From Catajapyx aquilonaris (lineage: Eukaryota): 51,726 bases of DNA. Each line of letters begins with the position of its first letter. Within the stretch, counting starts at the first letter, position 1. The stretch is from positions 1-51,726 of the forward strand of contig KZ538720.1 of assembly GCA_000934665.2 (NCBI GenBank). The letters run 5' to 3'. Made by a program: the position numbers and the translations under genes. The notes under the pieces are model-generated. The model was not told the origin of the DNA. It saw only the letters and a program-made list of their open reading frames with translations, and did not search any database. Of this stretch, positions 40,452-49,400 are shown in pieces.

Positions 40452-43400
40452 GAGTGAAGAATCAAGTGGGTCACAGAAGGTTTTGCTGTATCGTACTTGC
40501 AACAGTCTTATATTCTTGTACAACTTCACTTTTCAGAGTAGGCTACAAATAACGTTTGACAGCTTTTGTGTAGTCAAAACCACGTACATGTTTTCCCTCA
40601 GTACCCACAATTCCTGAGTATGATATGATGTAAGGGAAATAACAAAAGTTCAAAAGTATGACTACTAGATAGTGGACCAGTTTCAGTGAAATTAAAGTAT
40701 AATCTAGGGGTCCTATTGGCATGGAAATGATCCAGACGCATGGGGATAGGCTGAGGGATACACCAACGGACACTTTTCTCTCAAAGTAATAAATCTCAAA
40801 CTTGCAAAAGCACCCTTAGTGCACGTTATTGGCAACCAGCATAGCCCTCAGCCTACCTGCAACTTCAAGTATTACTATTACTTTGTGGCCATTACAGTGC
40901 ATGCTCTGATGCCTTCCATCACTATCTAGTACAATATTATGAGTGAATGAACGTCAGGTACTCTAGATGCATTAGACCCGTCATTTAACATCAATGTCCA
41001 CTGGGAAAGGGGTGTTATTATGGTGTTATTATTATGTTATTATTATATTATAATATATATTATATATATTATATATTATTATGTTATTATTATATTATAA
41101 TATATATTATATATATTATATATTATTATGTTATGATTATGTTATTATTATGGTGTTTCAATAGTTATTTCATGATTTGTGTATCAGCTGAGCACACAAG
41201 ATGGAAGTTGCCCCAAGTTAGAAAACGACATGCAGTCCAACAAGCAGTAGAAGCTCAAGTGGTAAAATGGGAAGAGGCACGCCATGACATAATTATGTTC
41301 CAAGCATAGCATGCTGGCATTTACCAGAGAGAGACAGTATTTTGAATTGCCACATATCAAACAACACTGCTGATAAAGCAATATGCCACATGTGCTGTGG
41401 GAAAGAAAGCTTAAATGGCTTAAAATGGTAGCCAAGCATGTGACGTCCCACCAACCCACATTTCTGAGGTAATGCAGTAGAAGAAGTTGTACACAGAAAT
41501 ATGTGCAGCAAAATATTCTCACAAAATGTCATCCTCATAGTTTCCAGGTTGTCTAACATGCAACACAAGATTCAGTGTGGCATGGGATTTGCCAAGAAGG
41601 ATCCCTCTCATTTTGTCAATGCTGTAGACTATCATTGTGTCCTCCTCCACCTGCAACAAACCAAATATCTATCATTAAAGACTCTTATGGTTACTAAAAT
41701 ATTACTGTTATTAACCCAGATATGCCTGAAAGATTTTTTGTTTAAATTTTGGTTTTTGTTTGATTTTATTAGTTCATGATAGTCCCCAAAACACAACAAA
41801 AATGATAAAAAAATTTATGTAATGCTAGATTGTAAGAAAAGTGCCGTCCCCGCAAATGTAACATCTAGTATGGCTATACTGTATATACAAGGAAAACGTA
41901 AGATATAGGCTGCTGTATTGAAATGAAGATGAAAGTGTTTTTTTAATTCATTGAAAAATATAGAGAAGGAATGTTATAGCTAAGACCCAGTGTCCTATAT
42001 ATAGGACATCTAAATTTGCAATAACTGATTGCAACAAAAAGATGAAATTCTGAAAAATGGCTTCTACACCTCCACTACAGAATGTTCTTTCAAAGTATTA
42101 CTAAATAATTGCACAAATGGCTTCTCGGGTCTCAGTAGGCTATAACGGAAACTTGCTCATTGCGGAATTTTAGAGTCAATTGCTAGTCAGATATGTACAG
42201 GTTTCGCTGTATATAAATATACAGTGAACCCTGTCCACAACGGACCCTGTGTATAATGGAAACTTGCCTATTGCGGAATTTTTCTGGTAACTGGCGTATG
42301 AAAATTACACAATTTCCGCTATATTCGACGCGGAAATCGTGTACTTTCCATACGCCCGTTACCAGAAAAATTCCGCAATAGGCAAGTTTCGGTTACATTC
42401 AGGGTCCGTTATGGAGAGGATTCACTCTAGATAAATATGTAGTGAAACCTGTCCATAACGTACCCTGAGTGTTACAAAAACTTGTCCATTGCGAAATTTT
42501 TCCGGGAACGGGCGTATGTATAGGACATAAATACAGTGTCGAATATAGCGGAAACGGCTGATATACCGTACTATGTATATCCGACATCGAATGGTTCACG
42601 CGCGATCCGCAACAACAGCGCCACTTTTTTTCCTCCCCCACTCTCTGCCCACAATGCTTTGCGCCGTTGCGTTGCAGCGTTCACTTCCACTCGTCTTTCC
42701 CGTTTGGTGCTGATGACTAGGAAAATCGTAATTTTCAGCGGAAACTTGTCAATTACGATTTTTCTAGGGCACCGTGCTACTCTGCTATACACAGGTTTCA
42801 CCAGTGGCTGATAGAGACGTCGTTGGTGGAGGGGGGGGCGGTGATTTGTCGCCGCGCTCCCCCCCCCCCCAAATTAAAACTCTGTAAGCACATCGGATAA
42901 AAGCAAGTAAAATACAATTGAGGCATTGCCATTTTTCTGTTTCTTGCTTCAGCTTGGGGGGGGGGGGGGGGTGATCACCCCGATCACCCCCCCTCCCCCC
43001 CATAGATCTGCCACTGGGCTTCACTGTACCCAAAAGATAAAGTTTGTATACATGATAATGTTTGATTGTACATGGCAATGGGTTACCAGCATAGCTACGA
43101 TGGTTGCCATGGTAACCCAGTTCCCCGGTAACCCTCGTTTTAAAAATAGGGATTCATAAAAATTCAGTTCGACAAAACGCACAAAATCCAGACGCATACA
43201 GTAGCCTAGAGTACCGGTGCTTGACTTGCCGGTCCATTTGTGGTGCATTTGCCGAGTGTCCCTCATAGGGGACACCCGATTTCAACGCCACCCTCAGACA
43301 AGGAAAGTAAAAAATATGCCTATATTTCCACATGGACATCATCATTCATAAGTTTTCTAAGTATTACAAACAAAAAATAACTCATAATGCTAATCAACAT

Positions 43401-46400
43401 TCGAGAATTAATTACTAATCATCTTCGGAACGTGGAGGTGAGGCCATTATTTCCTGCGTTAAAATTCAAACACCTGTATCTTAAAAATTTGTACCAATAT
43501 TGAGCAGGTTTGAACTTGTGTAGTTAGCTGGGACTCTACTGAAGCCCCCATCACTACTGCCAGCTCTTTAGCAGCAGAATAACCTGTGCAAAAAATTAAA
43601 ATGTAATAACTGTGCAGGTGTCCCCTATAGGGCACACTCGGCATATCTGGGTTAACCTAATTCTTATTGGATAAGCTGAAAATAGTGCACATCTAAAATT
43701 CTTTACAGTGGAATAAGTTAGTTAAGGGTATGTGAGCAATGTGCTATAATGATGACGATGAAGAAGAACTTGAATAATAATCAATCAACTCATATTGAAA
43801 TCCTTGCATTTCTTATTTTCATGCAAATTTACTTCTTGAATTTTGTCTTAGTAGACTTGCCTTGATTCTAATAATTGTGGCCCCCTCCATCTCCTTGCAC
43901 AGTTAGTTGCAACATTATGCCACTGTCAAACAGCTTGGAAAATAGCTGTCTTTGCATAAAGAGAAACATAGAGATGACCAGGAGGCATTTGATGTGTACC
44001 ACAAGAAAATCCATGGACTCCAAATAGTGCAGACACAACAACGAAGCATGGGGTACTACTCAGCAAGCCCAAGGTGTCAAATAAGTTTTAACCATCAAAA
44101 AAATTCATCTACATCAGCATGGAAAATGTCCCCCCCCCCCCCNNCCCCCCCCCCCCCCCCCTCAAGCCCCTCCTGGACAAGCAAACATGGAAACACCACA
44201 TGGTTTTTATTAACAGCATTTGAATCACGTAGTACGGTGGTGCTATTTGCGCATGCACTGGTATTGGCATGTTCTGGAGTGGGGAAGGTATGCCATTTGC
44301 AAAAATTGCGTCGTGGTCAGCAGAATACCATGCATTCGTCGTGGGGGATTAGTTTTAAAATATTGAGTCCCCCGTAGCTGTACAAAGGATATTTCTTCGC
44401 CTTACTGGGTAGGGACGTCAGGACGAAGTCCCCGATCACCGACGTTCATAAGGTGGGTGAACAGTTCTGGGACACAGCTTCAAGCTGGGACCAGAGAGCA
44501 CTGGACGTCAAAGAACACAGAGGACACCTCAACGGGTATAAGAGGTAGGCAATGCGCTACTCCGAAGTCCTCAGCGATCGGCCATTTGAAGCTCCATTGA
44601 GGGGTCTGATGTGTCCTTTTACATCCAGTGCTTTCTGATCCCGGCTTGAAGCTGTGTCCCAGAACTGCTTCACCCATTTTATGAATGTCCGGTGGTCGGG
44701 GACTTTGTCCTGAGGTTCCAGCCCAAAAAGGCAAAGAAAGACTACTTTGTACAGGTACGGGGATTCATTTTTTTTTTAAATAATCCACCACAATGAATGC
44801 ATGGTGCTCTGCTGACCACGATGCAATTTTTGCAAATGGCATACCTTCCCCACTCCAGCACATGCCAATATCCAGCGCATGCGTAAATAGCACCACCATA
44901 CCACGTGATTCAAATACTGTTAATCATTTTGCCCAACCCTGTATAATTACAATGGATTAAACTTCCCCAAATGTTAGCTGAAATATACCCAAGAGGAAGT
45001 AAGAAACTCAAAAAACTGACCTTTTGTGGAATCACAAGATAAAGTGCATTAAATTCCTCTGGGTTAAGTAGGCGTATCTGGTGCTTGTACACGTAGCTGA
45101 CAAAACAATGCTGATGACAGATAATGGGGTTCTGGTTGATAATGACTGGGGTAACACATGCAGCTGTCAGTGGTATGGTCAAGGCATTCTTGAGAACCGA
45201 AGGAATGTCCACAACCAGTTGTGTGTTGTACATTCTACAAGAGTTGGCAACTAGATCCACACGGATCTGAGCTGAGCCCAGAGGTTCCAGGTTTCCAAAT
45301 GATGGTGTGATACTAAACTCCTGAGAGGAAGTAGCTTCTGGAAGTTCCTCGTCAGAGTTCACAATCTCCTCAGCTGTTAAGCTCATGCGATGACGTCCAT
45401 CAGACAAAATGCGAACCCTAAACTGGACTGGTATTAGGGATTTGTTGGATAGGCAAACCACCTTGCGAGACCTGAAACCTAAAGAGAAATTGGTGGCATT
45501 ATGAAAGAGTTGGTGTATGAATTTTGTGTTGGATCTAGTATCATAACCACAACAGCTTACTTTTTAATCTAATGCTAGTTAGGAATATTTCCATTACAAG
45601 CCATGAAAAACTTCATGTAAGAATCCTGGTTATCAGAAACAGACTCCAGGAAGAGAATTAGCAGGAGGACTAAAAACTCACCATTATGAATATATTTTGC
45701 TTTCATAAACTGGACACATCTTTCTGGGTTGTCAAAGGGCACATGCTGGCAAGTATGATGTCAAAATTCCATAAAAGCAAGCTGCCTGGAACTCCCATGG
45801 GAAATTCCAGGTGATTGCTTCTACTTCACTAATCAGCAGCATGCACCTTTCGACACCACCAGAATGCTGCTGTACTTTAATTTCTAACCCCCTTTTTTGG
45901 TGATTCATACGAGGGCTGTAAATAAAATAGTGGCAACTATTTAATTACTTGGGACTGGAAATACATGGCAGCTTCAAACTTTCAAAGTCCTTCAAGGAGG
46001 TTACCAGCGTTGTGTAACACCTGTTGCCAGTGATGTGGAAGTCAAAGGTTGCCGAAGGCAGCCCGGGTTTGGTTGGTGTTTCGTATAGATCGGTCTAAAG
46101 CGCGAATAGCGAAAGAATAGGTCTGTGATAGTCTTGAAACTAATGCCGCTAAGTGGTTCCTTCATTTTCGAAATCAAGTCAAAGTCACAGGGGCTTATGT
46201 CAGGCGAGTGTGGCAGGTAGTAGAGGACTTCCCAACCAAATCGAGTGAAAAACTGATTCACAACTTCTGCAACATGCGGTAAGCGTTGTCATGCAAAATG
46301 ATGGGCGAATTCTACAGAATATGATGTCACTTCTTCCTCAAAGTTGTCCAGAGATGGTGCTTGTCTCACTGGCAAAGTCACTAAAGGCCATTTCACAAAA

Positions 46401-49400
46401 AAATGTCGCGTGGCAAACGGCGCGACTTGCGGCAAATTTTTTATTTATATTTATTGTTGCCAATTGTTGGCAACAATAAATATAAAAAAATTTTTGCCGC
46501 AAGTCGCGCCGTTTGCCGCGCGACATTTTTTTGTGAAATGGCCTTAACTGTCCACCTCCAATAGTTTTCCATCAATGTGGAAACACCAGCCCCTTGTTCC
46601 TCACTTGCACCAACTTGCACTTGGACGTCCTGGCAGGGGGCTCATCTGTCACGTTTTGCCTTCCCTGATGGAAGGCTTTTGCCCAGCTTTTGCCCATATT
46701 CCAAACGTTCTATACAGCAATGCATGTTTCCCACAAGCTTCTAAAAGCCCTTCATGATAAATGTTCCATTTTCAACCAGCACATTTGCTGGAATTTGGAA
46801 AACATTGCCTTTAAACCATTGATCGCAATAGCTCTACTTTTTACTGAGCATGCATATGTAGAGGTGGGACGATCGCATTATGCCCTGAGGTTAGATCAAG
46901 ACCTAACCTATCTGTGGCATAAGTGGTGTAAACTTCCTATATTTCACTGATTTTCTTGAGATGTATTGCCACTATTTTATTTACAGCCTTCATAGATAAT
47001 TCGCTCAGTCCAGGGGAGTCCAGTGTATTTTATTTCGGCACTAATTTTTAATTGCTGAATAATAGTGTCAATTAGAAAAATGAAAGCTTGAATTATGCAC
47101 ATGTAAGTGTACACCCGCGAGCATAAAGATGGAGACGGCAAGCCTTCACCTTCGGCAGGCTGCTCTGCCAGTCTCAGCTATTACGGTATCAAATATACTG
47201 ACATAAATACACGAACACACGACTGAAGCAGCTAACTCGGTCCAAAAAGAGTTCATTAATTTGAGTCGGATAAAGAAAGGTCAAAAAAGGGCCTGCCGCC
47301 TCCATCTTTATGCTCGTGGGGGTACATTAAATACTGGTGAAATTTCAAATGGCCACAGGAAGAGAATGGAAGTCCTCATTTTCATTTCATTCAGTCAGAA
47401 ATTGTACACTAAGTCTCACCAGTGCAGTGTTGCCAATGGAAATGAACTAAAATCCTGCAGGTTGGTGCTGAAATACATGAAATTACCAGTACTCCAACAC
47501 CCTTTGATGACTATGGACATCATATGATGTCAGAGCATACTTTCCTGCAGTGCCTACAGATATCATATGATGTCTTGACATTTGCCCTGACAACTCAGGA
47601 CATTTTCCAACTTGTGAAATTCCAACCTCACCGATTTTCTTGAAATTTGGTGCATTGGTAGCCCACCCAAAGGGATGAAAAACGCACCTATAGTGACCTG
47701 CTCAAAATGACCCCATGACCGATTTTAGAAGGGGGCAGAAGTCAACTTGTAAAAATCCGACCTCACTGATTTTCTTGAAATTCAGTGCATTGTTAGCTCA
47801 TCCCAAGGGATGAAAAACGCACCTATAGTTACCTGATCAAAATTACCTTGTGACCCATTTCTGAGGGGGGCAGAGGTCAAATTCCGAACTCACAGATTTT
47901 CTTGCAATTCGGTGCATTGGTAGCCCACCCCAAGGGATGAAAAACGCACCTATAGTTACCTGCTCAAAATGACCATGACCCATATTGGAGGGGGGCATAT
48001 ATATAAATTCACCGAATTTCAAGAAATAGGTGAGGTCAGAATTTGACCTATGCCCCCTCCCTCAAAAATGGGTGACAGGGTCACTTTGATCAGGTAATAT
48101 AGGTGCGTTTTTCATCCCTTCGGGAGGGCTACCAATGTACAGAATTTCAAGAGAATCGGTAAGGTTAGAATTTGACCTCTGCCCTCCTCAAAAATGGGTC
48201 ACAGGGTCATTTTGATCAGGTAACTATAGGTAATCCAGGCATCCGTGGATTATTATTCATTAATATCACTCTTCATCAAATTTCCGGAAAAGGGGAAAAA
48301 GAATTCAGGCCCTGGGGTAAGGCAATGGCTCAAAAACTCTGTCGTCAAGGTTAAATACCTACAATTTACTAACATCACAAAATCCCTTGCTGACATCTAA
48401 AAAATTATACAGCATGTTGTTTTCTGGTGGGATGGTACAATGGAAGCCAGGACTTTCAAGCCTTTCTTTGAACTGATCAGCACAAATTCTTGGCAGAAAA
48501 GCTAAGAGCCTACCTGCTGCACCACTTCAAATAACAGTACTTCACACAATTCTAAGAGAATAGGCTTCATTTTATAGACAGGCTATTGTCAGATCCTAAA
48601 GCATGTTATGCATTCAATTGAGATCCATTTTTCAACAATACTCAAGTATGGTGTTTCCGTAAATTGTTGGTGGAAATTCCAAGAATTCTTGCTCCTATGA
48701 ACTCAGCTTCAAGTTTGGCATGGAATTACTGTATTAATATTTCTGGGAAATCTGTTAAATGAGATTTCCAACAGTGATTCAATATTACTGCCACATTTGA
48801 AGGTGAGGTGACTCAGCAACTGGGTGACTTTTATCAAGCAAGCATCCATGAAATTTCCACCAATTCAAATATAAATTCTATTCTAAGACACATAGTTTCT
48901 CCTGAGGGGATATTTACGAAAATAATAATTATATAATTATATAGTAATGCAAATTTTTGTGTAAGATCTTACCATAAGCAACCTCATTGAAGGAAAGTGC
49001 TTCCTGGTCAAAACACAGGCTAGGCCCCGACACAACTCCTCTGAAAAGATGAAATGAAGATACAGGATATGAAGCAAGGGAAATAAGAGCAAGCTGATAT
49101 AATAATTGTAACTTTAGGTTCTACAACAAACCTGGAGTAGGTTCTTCGTTATCCTTATCACTACTCTGAATGCTAATACGACTAGTAATAAAACATTATG
49201 GCAAAAATCTAACCCCATGTCAGGTAGGAGCTCTATACCAGTCATGCCAATGCATATAACAATGCCATTATACATGTAAATAGTTTTACTGAATATTAAT
49301 ATAAGGCAAGCAGCATTCCAGATTTCCTGCAAATTACTGGAGGCCAGGAAAAACCTGCTGGTATGATGTTCATGACATGTAAGGGACATTCTTATTATTT

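Larger units (their letters stand above)
41715..43651. mobile_element. piggyBac-type non-autonomous element with nested MITEs
   Basis: TTAA|cccagatatgcc ... ggcatatctggg|TTAA; internal gtgtcc..ggacac palindromes. Confidence 0.75.

Noticed and set aside
43459..43644. Exon candidate with a good acceptor
   Set aside because: Wrong phase, lies inside the piggyBac-like element, and 41523-41650 fills the alignment gap.
47608..48230. CRISPR-like array
   Set aside because: Eukaryotic context, 135-bp contiguous units, no unique spacers and no cas genes.
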